Source: Macrostomum lignano (lineage: Eukaryota). From it: a stretch of 41,333 bases of DNA. The position numbers were made by a program, and so were the translations under genes. Below, one piece after another: positions 1 through 11,995 of the stretch (position 1 is its first letter; each line of letters begins with the position of its first letter). The notes beneath the pieces were generated by a model that saw only the letters and a list, made by a program, of their open reading frames with translations, was not told where the DNA came from and did no database searches. The stretch is taken from positions 1-41,333 of the forward strand of contig NIVC01003169.1 in NCBI GenBank assembly GCA_002269645.1. The letters are read 5' to 3'.

Positions 1-410
1 CATTCTCCAGGTGCCTGTATTGGGGTGAATGGCACATTCTCCAGTGCCGCATTGGGGTGAATGGCACATTCTCCAGATGCCGCATTGGGGTGAATGGCAC
101 ATTCTCCAGGTGCCTGCATTGGGGTGAATGGGGTGGGGGTAATGGCAATTCTCCAGATGCCTGTATTGGGTGAAATGGCACATTCTCCAGGTGCTGCATT
201 GGGGTGAATGGCACATTCTCCAGGTGCCTGCATTGGGTAATGGCACATTCTCCAGATGCCTGTATTGGGGTGAATGGTACATTCTCCAGATGCCCGCATT
301 GGGGTGAATGGCACATTCTCCAGGTGCTGCATTGGGGTGAATGGCACATTCTCCAGGTGTCTGCATTGGGTGAAATGGCACATTCTCCAGGTGCCTGCAT
401 TGGGGTTTGA
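1..410. repeat. Minisatellite, ~32-34 bp unit, about 12 copies, cut by the window start
   Basis: Unit CATTCTCCAGGTGCCTGCATTGGGGTGAATGGCA recurs at 1, 35, 67, 100 and onward with point variants. Confidence 0.95.
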
Positions 411-491
411 ATGTTTTGAATACCTTTCATTTTTACAGTACGTGAACATTTTGTGACCATCTTTTATGTTACAAATTTGTTAACTAATTTA

Positions 492-788
492 GGGGTTGTA
501 GCCTAGTGTTAGAGCGTCGGACTCACGACTTGAAGGTTGGAGGTTCGATTCCCGATCCACTGAAACAATTTGTGTCCTTGAGCAAGACACCTAACTCTAC
601 ATTGCTTCAGTTAACCCAGCTGTAAAAATGGGTGCCAGCATTAGCTGAGGTAATTGAGGCTGTGTGGCGACCCCAGTCCTTGGACTGAACAGCCGTACGC
701 ACCTTCAGATGCGCCGCGCAATAGCTGCGGCTGAGCTGTCGGTTGCACATCTGCCGTTAGGCAGGTGTAATCAGTCGTTATTATTATT
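492..788 (+). mobile_element. tRNA-derived CORE-type SINE, copy 1
   Basis: Pol III A-box-like TAGCCTAGTG and B-box GGTTCGATTCCC; MIR/CORE-like segment GTGTCCTTGAGCAAGACACCTAACTCT...CTGTAAAAATGGG; (TTA)n tail; four more copies in the window. Confidence 0.85.
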
Positions 789-1200
789 GGTAGCCAAGGA
801 AAACAAGACAAAATAGGAAATTCGATTGTTTCAATTTAACGAAATGTTCAGGTGCCAAATTTTAGAAAAACCCTGCTATATCCCCCAAGCTTGTAACCAT
901 GACGATTTCCCGAACTAGCCAGTACACATGCATACATACAGTACAAGATAAATAGCGTTGAGCATTGCTAGTCTGCCTAAATGCTTAATGGAATTTATCA
1001 CCTATCCCCCCCTGCGAATGAATGTGAGCAAACAGCAGCTGTCCCAGCTAAAGAGCTCAAAGGTAAGAAAAACTGCATCAGGCATTGCCTGTTCGCCTGG
1101 TGAGCCTCCATTATCCAGCTATGCACAAATGCTGTAGTGCCGACTGAATTTTATAATCCTCCTATTTTTCAGCGAGCTGCATTTCAATGCTGGTATTGAG

Positions 1201-1204
<4 letters not shown>

Positions 1205-1244
<40 letters not shown>
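1205..1244. repeat. (GA)20 microsatellite
   Basis: Perfect GA dinucleotide run. Confidence 0.97.
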
Positions 1245-1246
<2 letters not shown>

Positions 1247-2859
1247 ATAGCCAGCGTTCATCATCAAATGCAAACACATCACCAAGCAGTGAATGGCAAC
1301 TTTTCATCCGTATAGCCCCCCCCCCCTGCTTTCCTGCATGCTTTGCCGTGGCGCGGCCTCCGCTCCATTTCCTTCAACGCGTTAATCCCTTGTTCAAGAC
1401 ATGTGGACAGAAAAGCCCCACACCTTCCCAGACTTGGCTCGCCTGAGACGCATGATCCATGAGACCGGGGGGGGGGGCGCTCGTCGTAGCTTGCGGCCTT
1501 TCAGCTGAATAATTCAGCAGATAATGTAGGAAATTTGTGCCCGAAGAGTTGTGAGCAGCTAACGGCGTATACTGAGTGCTCAACCAGCCACTTTGTACGC
1601 CATGCATTAAAGATTTGGGAAGGAATATGGGACACGCATGCTCAACCTATGCTCTAAACACTTTCTCAGCCTCTTAGCCAGAGAAACCCGAGCAAATGAA
1701 GGTCTCGAAGCATTGCTTGCCTGTTGGGCGCAACTTGCCACCTCTTCACTACTGGCGGAGCATTTCGATGTATGTAGACGTTCGGTTGGGGGCAGTTCTC
1801 ATTGCAGATATGAGTTAGTCTGTATATGCTCAGAAGTCAACAAAATGAACAGAATTTCCTACTCTCTCCGGAATCAGCACTGTCCTCCTTATTTGAAAAA
1901 TCTTCTAATCATGAGCATGGTAGTAAAGCGTTTGCAATTTAACTCAATTCGGATTGCATCATAGAGTTTCAAACTAGTTAAAGCAGCTGTCTGATTGCAC
2001 TGTTAGAAGTGGATACTCGAATAAAAACTGCTGGCCAGACGAGTATAATCAGAATGGGAATCGAAAAATTGCAGACAAGTTTTCAGTCTGAGTATGCACT
2101 CCCGCTGGAATTAATGCGAAATCCTAACGCCTGCATCCCAGCTCTTCCAGTTGCAGTTGCCATTGGCTCAATGAGAGATCCAATAGTAAGAAGGCAACAG
2201 TAGATGAGGCATAGGATTCCGATATCAGCATCAGCTAGGCAAGATGCTGATGATACTGATAAGGGAAGAGAACTATCGAACTCAAACCCCACCAAATCTG
2301 CTCGAAAACTGATCGGAAAAGTTACAAGTCAATTGAGGTAAGAAGTGATATTCTGTTTTTGTGCCGACAATGCACCAGAGGTAGTTCGCACTTTCTTCCA
2401 AATTTCAGTCTCAAATAAACTGAACGTTTAAATCGTGCTGTCGCAACGTATTATTGAGGCCCAGCCACGAATGCATTGAATGGAAGAGGGTCCTTACTAT
2501 CGGGACATCGACCACCGCACAGCCAGAGGTCCAAGGCGTTCTTTTTCAAGGTACGGTCATTTGAAAATGCTTTGGTTTGTTTTAGCAATGTCTGAACTGA
2601 ACACTTTACAAGAGTTTATTTGACGATACGCAGAACACCGGATATGCACTCAGCAACATTTAAAAGTGCCCACCCTTGCGCCAAGGGTCCATGGGCAGCA
2701 CGATCGATGGTTTCGCCAATTGGTTTTGGGCCATAGAAAAATAGGTAAAAAAGGGCAGGAAAGTAAAGACCGATATCTGGTGTCACAGGGAAAAGCGTTA
2801 CAGTAACGAGTGTACAGGAGTTAACTGGAGGCATCTGGACGCGGGTGACAACGATAGTC

Positions 2860-3115
2860 CGCCAAATGACTGATTGGCGCACTTTGCGTTGGCCGTCCAG
2901 ATCACCGGATATGAACTCGATTGAGCACGTGTGGGATTTCCTGAAGCGCACGATTCGGTGCAACAAACTCTATCCCCCCAGAACATGGTCCAGCTGCGCA
3001 ATGCGCTTTCAGTCGCGTGGCAACAGCTTCCACAAGACTTTCTGCGGCGCCTTGCTCGGGAATTACTCGACGAGTGAGCGGTCTGTTTGACGCTCGTGGT
3101 TGCTATCTATACCTG
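2860..3115 (+). mobile_element. Tc1/mariner transposase C-terminal remnant (frameshifted)
   Basis: WPSRSPDMNSIEHVW matches the Tc1 WPxxSPDLNPIExxW motif. Shifted frames continue QLRNALSVAWQQLPQDFLRRL and ITRRVSGLFDARGCYLY, typical of Tc1 transposase ends. Confidence 0.8.
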
Positions 3116-3387
3116 TTACTGACTGTGTTTTAGACATGTACACAGCGTGGAAATGGGTATGGACTTGTTTCGTTGATCCTTCTTTGCTGCCTTATTTTGA
3201 TTGTCTATGGCCTAAACATAGTTGAAAAACTTTTCAATCCCTAATCGGACAAGAACGGAAAGATTCTACACGGACAAACCATAGAAAGCCATAGACAGCA
3301 GAAACCTATTTGGGCCACACAGCTGGAAGGCATGGGTAAGAGTAAAGAATGGCGCAGAGTGGACCATTTCCGTGTGTACAAGTTTAG

Positions 3388-4132
3388 TATAGCTTTTGGC
3401 AGCCTATTTGGGCTTACGCGCATTTAATTTAATCCAAGATAGGTTTGCCAATGTAATGGAGCTTTGTCTATGGTAGCAAGGCTACCGCAGCGGCATTTAA
3501 TTTGGTCTAACAAGCACCAATTTGGTCCAAATGCTTGTGAGCCAATGGCAAACTCTTGCCTTCTTGCAACTGCCTAAGGGAATGTCAGCGTCTGTACCAG
3601 CAATTTCCAGTCGCTTTCCAGAGCTCTGCTGATAGTCCAAATCTGATAACCAACTGGAACTGTTCCTTCAACTGCTGCTGCATTTTCTGCAACGTCAACA
3701 AAGGGTTCGTCTCAATTGCATTAAGTAGCAGTTGGACCTGAGTCTCTAGCAACTTGCCTTGGCGATTGCCACCTTACCACAGGCGACCTATGCCAGAAGT
3801 GGTTTCAACACGCTGATGGATTGCTGTAAACCATCTTTCTTCTATATTCAGCAGCCTTGCAATGTCCTTTGGGTGTTCACCTCTGTTGAGTGCTTTGATG
3901 ACAAGCCAGTGGCACACGTTCGACAACCTAGCATGGTTCACAATTCTGGGGCTGGTGTTGCTCCTCCGCAACAGTTGAAAATGAAGCTATGGACCAAATT
4001 GATGCTTGTTGGACCAAATTAAATGGCGCTGTGGCAGTCTTGCTACCATAGACAAAAGCTCTGTTGTATTGGCAAACGTATCTTGGATTGAATTAAATGC
4101 GCGTAAGCCCAAATAGGCTGCCAAAAGCTATA
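3388..4132 (-). mobile_element. Non-autonomous Tc1/IS630-like element with ~150-bp terminal inverted repeats and a decayed HTH region
   Basis: 3388-3530 is the near reverse complement of ~3989-4132 (TATAGCTTTTGGCAGCC...GGCTGCCAAAAGCTATA). The interior minus strand reads VIKALNRGEHPKDIARLLNI...*GGNRQGKLLETQVQLLLNAIETNPLLTLQKMQQQLKEQFQLV, then WTISRAL in a shifted frame. Confidence 0.75.
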
Positions 4133-4562
4133 GTAAACAATCTATTGGGCATTCTTGTGAGTTTCGCTTCCTATAAGGAGCGAAGCGAGCATTAGGGCTT
4201 CCCTGACAATACGTTAATATCAGTCTCGGGACAAAGAGAGGACAGTGAACGCATACGTGACTTTGTCGTTTGGAGTTTGATTGTCCATGAAAAAGTCAAA
4301 TTGCTTGGCGATTTCAGCTCTTAGTCTGTGGGGAATATGAACTCTGCAACCAGCAATCCAGCAATCCAATCCAATCCAGCAATATGGGCTCTTTGCAACA
4401 TCAAATTGGACGCAGTGAACACCAAGTAGGCAACAAAAAAGATATTTTGCGCGCCGAAGCTCTCCAGCTTTTTTCAAATTTTGTTGAACAACTTGTGAAA
4501 CAAACCAGAGGAAATAGGCATGCTTTAATTTGATAATTAAAAGTTCAACAAGAAAGCATAAT

Positions 4563-4862
4563 ATAATAATTAATAATTGATTACACCTGCCCCAATTGGG
4601 CCAGATGTGCAACCGACTGCTCAGCCGCAGCTATTGCGCGGCGCATCTGAAGGCTGCGTTCAGTCCAAGGACTGGGGGGTCGCCACACGCACCCTCAATT
4701 ACCCCAGCTAATGCTGGCGCCCATTTTACAGCTGGGTGAACTGAAGCAGTGTAGAGTTAAGTGTCTTGCTTAAGAACACAAATTGTTCCAGTGGGATCGG
4801 GAATCGAACCCCCAACCTTCAAGTCGTAAGTTCGACGCTCTAATCACTAGTCTACAACCGCC
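4563..4862 (-). mobile_element. tRNA-derived CORE-type SINE, copy 2
   Basis: Reverse-complement match to copy 1, including the B-box (GGGAATCGAACC on +) and ATT-rich tail. Confidence 0.85.
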
Positions 4863-5392
4863 TTCAAGAAGGGGGAACACCCTTCTACAAACCCCCTTCC
4901 TTGTGCTTCATTGTGCCTAACATTGTGCTTCAAAAAGAAAGCATTAGGTGTAAAAAATACTTCAACAATATCACATAATATTCTATTTATATTCTCCCTC
5001 ATCGAACAGCTGTTGAGGCGCGGACTCGGGCTAAACTCAATTTTGGGGGTTCAAATCAGTTCGGCCTTACCGATCCGAACCAACAAGCCCAAGCCGTTCA
5101 GGCGGTGTTCCCGCGGCCACTAAATTGGGGCTAATTCAATTCTGCCTCCTCGTATAGAGCGATACCCTAGGCCAGCTTTTGGCAGGGTCTGAACTCTGCA
5201 ATCTTTTGTTTTTCTTGCGCTCGGTTCCGATTTGGGCGGAGACAGTGGATTAAGGCAGTCCGGCCTTGCAAAGTTTACAGAAAGAAACATCTGAAGCGAC
5301 AAACAAAGTACAAAGTGTGCAAGCAAACATGTCAAGTTCAATGGCGAGCATAAGAATTCCACGGCTTTACACAAGAAACACAGGGCTGAGTA

Positions 5393-6059
5393 CAAGGGCG
5401 TCGCCGTGGATTTTATTGTGGGGGGACAAAGCTGAGAATTCAACATGTACATGACTAAATTCCTAAATTTCCATTATTTTGAGAAATTTGCTGTCAGACT
5501 CAGCACTCATTTTAGCGCCGCAGCAGGCACTCATTTTAGCGCCGCAGCAGGCACTCATTTTGGCGCCGCAGGCACTCATTTTGGCACCGCTGGCACTCCT
5601 TTTAGCGCCGCAGGCACTCATTTTGGCACCGCAAGCATTCATTTTGGCGCCGCAAGCACTCATTTTGGCGCCGCAGGCTCTCATTTTAGCGCCGCAGGCA
5701 CTCATTTTGGCGCCACAGGCACTCATTTTGGCACCGCTGACACTCCTTTTAGCGCCGCAGGCACTCATTTTGGCACCGCAAGCATTCATTTTGGCGCCGC
5801 AAGCACTCATTTTGGCGCCGCAGGCTCTCATTTTAGCGCCGCAGGCACTCATTTTGGCGCCACAGGCACTCATTTTAGAGCCGTAGGCACCATTATGGCG
5901 CCGAAGGCGCTATATTTTGGTGCCCTGAAGAAAAATTATTGATAATCACGAGTCACAAGGTGGGTGGGGGGGACAAAGCATTGGCATTTCCCCCATAGCT
6001 TTTACTGAGGGCCGAGGGGACATCTCCCCCTTGTCCCCCCCCCGGTGGCGACGCGCCTG
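5393..6059. mobile_element. hAT-like MITE with a perfect 8-bp target-site duplication
   Basis: GCTGAGTA at 5385-5392 and 6060-6067; ends CAAGGGCGTCGCC / GGCGACGCGCCTG form imperfect inverted repeats. Confidence 0.75.
5503..5915. repeat. 21-bp minisatellite (~19 copies) inside the MITE
   Basis: Unit GCACTCATTTTGGCGCCGCAG with variants; the first two units are 24 bp. Confidence 0.95.
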
Positions 6060-9000
6060 GCTGAGTACGTGCGGCTCACCTGCAGTCACAGCTCATGACT
6101 TAGCAATCAGCGATCCAAGAGTCACAGAATTTCAGTAATTCTCCTCCCAGTTTGACATCTCAGCAACTTTCCTATGAGCCTTGATTTCTCAGCAATTTTC
6201 CAAATGATTAACACCTTGACATCTCATCGATTCCCCCTGTAAGTCATGACATCTCATAAATTCCCCCATGAACCTTGACATCAAATGACATAAAATTCCC
6301 TATGAGTCTTTTATGTTCTACAGGGCGATTCCTATATGGTTTAACCCTAACTCTGACCCTAACTCTAAACCTAACCTTGTTGAAAGTCAGAATTTCAGAG
6401 AGTCAGAACTTCCCATAAGCCCCAAAATTTCTGAGTAATTTGAATTTGAATATTTTGAGTAAGTGATTTATATACTCAAAGAAGACAGCATGCAGTATTC
6501 TCCAAGCCGTCACACCAGTACAACCCACCCCGTTCAGCCAGGCAAGTTCTCATCTGATATCTTACCTATGAGTCACTATGAGCTTACCTATGAGCCTTAA
6601 TTTATATAGCCCTTTATTAAAGCGCGTCCATTCAGGTAACGTCAGTTGCTGGGGGAATTTCAGTGAGTTCCTCATGCCTGCAACCAAATAATTAATATAA
6701 TGCAGACTCCATTAAGGTTCATAGGAGCCAAAAAGTCTGACGCGATCTCGCAGTGGCAGCCTTGGACCGCGATTGATGGCGACAAACTGCCCGGATGCTT
6801 CCCAGGAAGCTGGGGAGGTGGGTCAAAGCTAAAAGCAGTCCCTTAAGCTATTGTGTCGCAACGATTGGGGCTGTCAAGAGCCCGTGTCAAAGAAAACAGA
6901 ATTATAGCATACTCAAAAACGCTTGAAGCAGCATTGGTTCAAAACCTCTAGCATTTAATGCATAAAGCAAGCTGGAAATGGAGCTACAGTATGCTGCCGT
7001 GCAAGCATTAGACCCCCCCCATGCAGAGCTATACAGATAATATGCGCGGCACAAAAGCTAAGGAGCAGAAACAGGAGAAAAGAGAGATTGGTAAAAAGCA
7101 GAAAAAAGACAAAAGAGACACCACACTCCAGTCACTCCATGGGCCATGAAAAACGGCATTATGCAGCCACACGAATCGGTGCTGCTGGGCAGAGCAGAAG
7201 CGAAATGCACTCAGCTTGGCCTGGGATGGCTGGCTCCGAGAATGTCGCCGCTCTCGATTCGCCTTTCTGAAAATCTGATAAAACACTGCGGCCTTCATCG
7301 GCCGGATCTGCGTTTCGGTTCGAGTGCCTTTTGTGGAGCAATTCTTTAAGACAGAGGAGATTTTTCTCTTTCAACTTGATACGATCAATTTCCCTCTTTC
7401 GATTGAGTAGTTTGTGTTGCTTAACGGACCTGCAGAGGGAGCTCATCTTCCTGTTCGCTGCTCTTGACTGAAGCGGAAGCTTATTCAGCCTGATGGCTCC
7501 CTCCCAAAGCACGGCTTGTAGTTGACTTTCAAGCCGGTTTGTCTTTGATTAGCGTTTGCCCGTCTGCAGAAACTCTACAGACCGAACGCATGTGATGAGT
7601 GCTTCAATGACCGGCTAAGGCTAAAATTAGCGAACAGCAGATAGGTACGTAGAAACGCGTCTTAATAAATCAGGTACCGCTGAGCTGACCAAGGTTTACG
7701 AGCCAACGCAAAGAGCGGGCTGTTCAGACTTCAATATGAATATTTCAATACATTGCCGTATCTTCCCTGTAAGCCGGCCTTAGCGTCGCTTAGGCAAGGA
7801 GGTGCCTCGCCACGACGCTTCGTGCCTGAAGAATGGCGAACGCATCCCCACTGTGTAAGTAAAGCCGGTTGATGATGCATTACAGTCTCCCACAGTTCTG
7901 CAGCTCTTCAAAGCGGATGCGGTCCCGATCTCATATCTTATTATCTGGGGGATTAGCTGAGCGCGGCTCTCAGCCCTAAGCTCATCGCCTCTTCCCAGCG
8001 GACCCATGCCTTCGTTTTCCTGCGGATTTCTTCTTCTGTAAAAGAGGCGACAAACGCATTGATAGAGTCGGGATGTAGGAGACTAGAAGATAGAAACTGA
8101 TATGGAAGGCGAGATCGCGGCTATGGCAGAGGGGAAACGCCGCATTGCGACCTGAGACATGCTACGCACGCTCAAAATCTGCTAAGTTTCTTCAAATTTC
8201 CCACACAGACATCAAGGCCCCAGGCCGCCAAACTCATTTGAAGGACATTTTAAATGAAAGGGCTGAAGGCTCATTACAGCAGCTGTACATAACTACAAAA
8301 ACTCCAAAAGGAGGAAGGAATTTTAGGCTTGGGTTTTTTTAATTTTAAGTCAGTAAAGTTTAACTAAGGGGCAACTCGAAACAAGGATGCAATTTCTACA
8401 GTAATTTGTGAGCGTGATCAATGCTCTCTACCTGAAGACGTCCTGGGACTCTCTCACTAGTTTCTAGCCAGATCTTCCATTCAGGCAACTTTGAAGACAT
8501 GAAAAAACGGCAGGAAATTCGGTGTGAGATCGGCGTGAGATCTACAGACGCCTACAAATGACAGTTTGGTGAAAGTTTTGATTGTATCACAGCCGTCTGT
8601 TGTGAGATCGGTGTGAGATCTACAGACGCTTACAAATGGCACTTCGGTATCTAAGCCCTGAAGCAACAAAATTTCAAGCAGCTTCGATATGAATTTGTCT
8701 TACTTTAGACTTTTTTCACAGAAAATTGATGACCAAAAAAGCTTAGAATTTCTGCACTGCCGCCTGAATGTTTCACATAAGCAGGACTGGTGCGAGACCC
8801 TTATTATCACGTATCTCTAATGCTATATATGCTCTCATATAGGCTTAGAGATGCTCATTTCTCCTCGATGAAGCATACATATCCTGCTGGCCTCGATTCG
8901 ATAATGGCCCCGTGATGGCGGCCGGCTGATTGGACATGAGAGGCTGGCAGCGCAGCAGTCTCAGCTTGCCGGATCCTGCAATTCCTTGCTGATGAGGCCG

Positions 9001-11304
9001 CACAGATTTTTGGCTGCCTGCCGACACTTCGCACGCAGCCCCCCCCCCTCTCGGACTGACCGGACCTACATGGAGGCGGCGACTGTAATGGACTGAGAAG
9101 GCGATCAGTGGGTGGGGCAAACTGCGCGCTGTGCACTGCAGTCGGAGCATTTAACGGCGGCCATTAGATTGGAGAAAAAACTGCTTCATCGCGTGGGAGC
9201 GCAATTCTAATTGGCTCAGCCCACTGGCCTGCATCCGGTGCGGAGGCCCAGGACAGACCAGCCAAACTCGGAATTTTGTTATCGAATCTGCAGAACCAAA
9301 TTCGAGTTTAAAACTTGGAATCCTACTAGAACTTTTTTCATAATGTCTAAGTGTTGAGTGTAATCGTGTCCTAGTAAGTTATCCCCTGATTTGCTATCTC
9401 ATTAGTCAACTCGAGTAGATAAGCTTGATAATAATAACTATCTTTTTGGGAAAATTCCAGGCTAATTAGTAGCTGTGATCTTCTCCATCTCATGAGGCTT
9501 CTGACCTTTGGCTTTGATTGACGAACCGCAGTTAAATTTAGGTTTAATACTGCAGGTGAGCAGCTCGGATCTAATGAAGAGTATTCGACTTCTTCTCGAG
9601 TTGTATATAGTGTGAGTTGCAATTAATCCTGTCACTCCGTAGGTCAGCCTAAGCACAATTTGCGAAAATGTTAGTGCTACTATCAGTAGACTGTACCCTC
9701 AGCACTCGGTAATTCACGCTTTGACGCACAGCGATCTGACGCAAATTCAACAATCAAAGCCCAAGATTTGCGGATGAAAACTGCATTGTAGCTCCCGAGC
9801 CGCTCTGCCCGTCTGTTTATTTCTGCAACAGTCTCGGGTTTCAAGCGCTCCGCGGTTGCTTTCCAACGTGCAGGGGCGCTCCAAAGAGGTACCTCTCTCC
9901 CACTCTCTACGGCCATATATTCCAAGAATCGCTTCCTCTCTTTTCCCCGAAAAAAAACTGGAAAAAGCACAGAACAACGGAAAGGGAAAAGCGGGAAGTC
10001 CGACTGCAAAACAACGATGCAGCAGGGGCCCGTCGTGTCAGGCTCATTTAGCGCTGGACATCGTGCGCGACTTCTGTAAGTTGCCAAGGTTCAATTGCTT
10101 TTCAAAGCTGTTTTTTAGGTCGAAATTGCCAAAACTATAGTTGGAAAAGTCTCACCTGAGCTACAAGGGTCTTGGCAAACTTCTGCAACCAAAACTGCCT
10201 GGAAGCTGATTCATCATCGCAGCAGCCATGCAGTATAGCTCATGCAAAGAAAACTTGCAGTACTTCACAACAGGCTTACAGCGGCAAACTCTGCAGAGTG
10301 GGTCTCTGTTAACGCTTTTTGTCTAGGTTAAACAATCTCCAACATAAATATTGACAACACTCAGGCACTTTGACAAACTTCACCTTTGTACACGTTTGCA
10401 AATGGTTGGCCAAAAAATTTCCTAGCTAATTTCCTTTAACCACAAAGGGCGTTTACCCGCCACGCTTCTAAACAGTAAATTTCGCTTCCAAAAATTAAAA
10501 TTTGAATCCAACTTTTCAATTGTAAGATGATTAATATTCTTCAGATCTGATAATATGACAATTAACTCTTATGACGAAACAGATCAATAGTGAAGTTCTC
10601 GTTTTACTAAAGCGGATTTAATTCTAAGCTGACAAAATCGAAATTATTCATTTTGCAAAGCCTGTTTCGCGTTTATGCCTGGTGCCACTAAATAGTAATT
10701 TTAAAGTACTTTTCTTTAAAGAACCGAATTAAACAAGATATTGGGAACAAACAGCGAATGCTATTTTAGTTGAGCGAAAATTCATTGAAAGCTCTTGGTA
10801 ATCTCTTAATACTCTTGGTAAGCTACGCTTAATAAGTACGATTATAATTTAAAAATATAAAATACTTTTATCAGTCTTGATTGCCTACTATGAGTATGCG
10901 GACATGTACATGCATGCGGGAAAGACTCGATAAAATGATGCATCCATGGTCCCGACAGGGCACGAATACGAGGCTCTGCTCACAGGCATCTCTATCCAAC
11001 AGTTGAACGAAATTGTGAAATTTCCAACGTTGCGAAAATGCCGAGAGAAGTATCGAGAAATTTTATTTCCGCTAATTTTTCTTATAGCATAGCTCCTAGC
11101 TCTGGAGTTGCTGATAATCCATAGGTACAGAGGGAGCAAAATTGTCCTCAAAGCAGAATCTACAGGAAACGGATAAAGCTTCGGTAGTGAAAGTCAGAGA
11201 GTCAGCTGAGAGTCGGAAGTCCCCAGCAGCTCTAATTAGTTGAAAGGAGTTTGCACCTGCAAGGTAGACTTGCATCAGCTGTGGCACTGCAAAACTGCAG
11301 CGTT

Positions 11305-11995
11305 TCCTGATCTCGTCTCCTCTCCGTCTTCTCTTCTCTCCTCCTCTTTCCTCTTTTCTAATCGCCTCTTTTCTCATTTCCTCACCCCCTCTCCTCTTCG
11401 CTCTTCTCCTCTCCTCTCCTTTCCTCTCCTCTTTTTCTCCTCTCGTCTCATCTCCTCTCCTCTCCTCTCCTCTCCTCTCCTCTCCTCTCCTCTCCTCTCC
11501 TCTCCTCTCCTCTCCTCTCCTCTCCTCTCCTCTCCTCTCCTCTCCTCTCCTCTCCTCTACTCTCCTCTCCTCTCCTCTCCTCTCTTCTCCTCTCTTCTCC
11601 TCTCCTCTCCTCTACTCTCCTCTCCTCTCCTCTCCTCTCCTCTCCTCTCCTCTCCTCTACTCTCCTCTCCTCTCCTCTCCTCTTCTCTCCTCTCCTCTCC
11701 TCTCCTCTACTCTCCTCTCCTCTCCTCTCCTCTCCTCTCCTCTCCTCTACTCTCCTCTCCTCTCCTCTCCTCTCCTCTCCTCTCCTGCCCTCCCCTCTCC
11801 TCCCCGCTCCTCTACTCTCCTCTCCTCTCCTCTACTCTCCTCTCCTCTCCTCTCCTCTTCTCTCCTCTCCTCTCCTCTCCTCTACTCTCCTCTCCTCTCC
11901 TCTCCTCTCCTCTCCTCCTCTCTCCTCTCACCTCTTCTCCTCTCCCCCTCTCCTCCCAACTGCCTCCTCTCTTTTCTTTTCCTCTTTTCTAATCT
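11305..11995. repeat. (CTCTC)n polypyrimidine pentamer array, ~690 bp
   Basis: Almost uninterrupted CTCTC repeats with rare A substitutions. Confidence 0.97.

Noticed and set aside
204-456. ORFs with repeating peptides
   Set aside because: They are translations of the 34-bp minisatellite; no splice or domain support.
492-565. tRNA gene
   Set aside because: A/B boxes are present but the acceptor stem is not closed and the sequence continues into a SINE body repeated five times.
1638-2620. Possible decayed retroelement ORF on either strand
   Set aside because: Manual translation gave multiple stops and no recognisable RT or endonuclease motif.
5445-5942. Long ORFs in three frames (antifreeze- or mucin-like repeats)
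   Set aside because: The 21-bp unit is a multiple of 3 without stops, and the array lies inside a TSD-flanked MITE.
6342-6376. Interstitial telomere-like (CCCTAA)n
   Set aside because: Only about six degenerate hexamers; too short to support.
11240-11992. 250-aa SSPLL-repeat protein
   Set aside because: Translation of the (CTCTC)n microsatellite.
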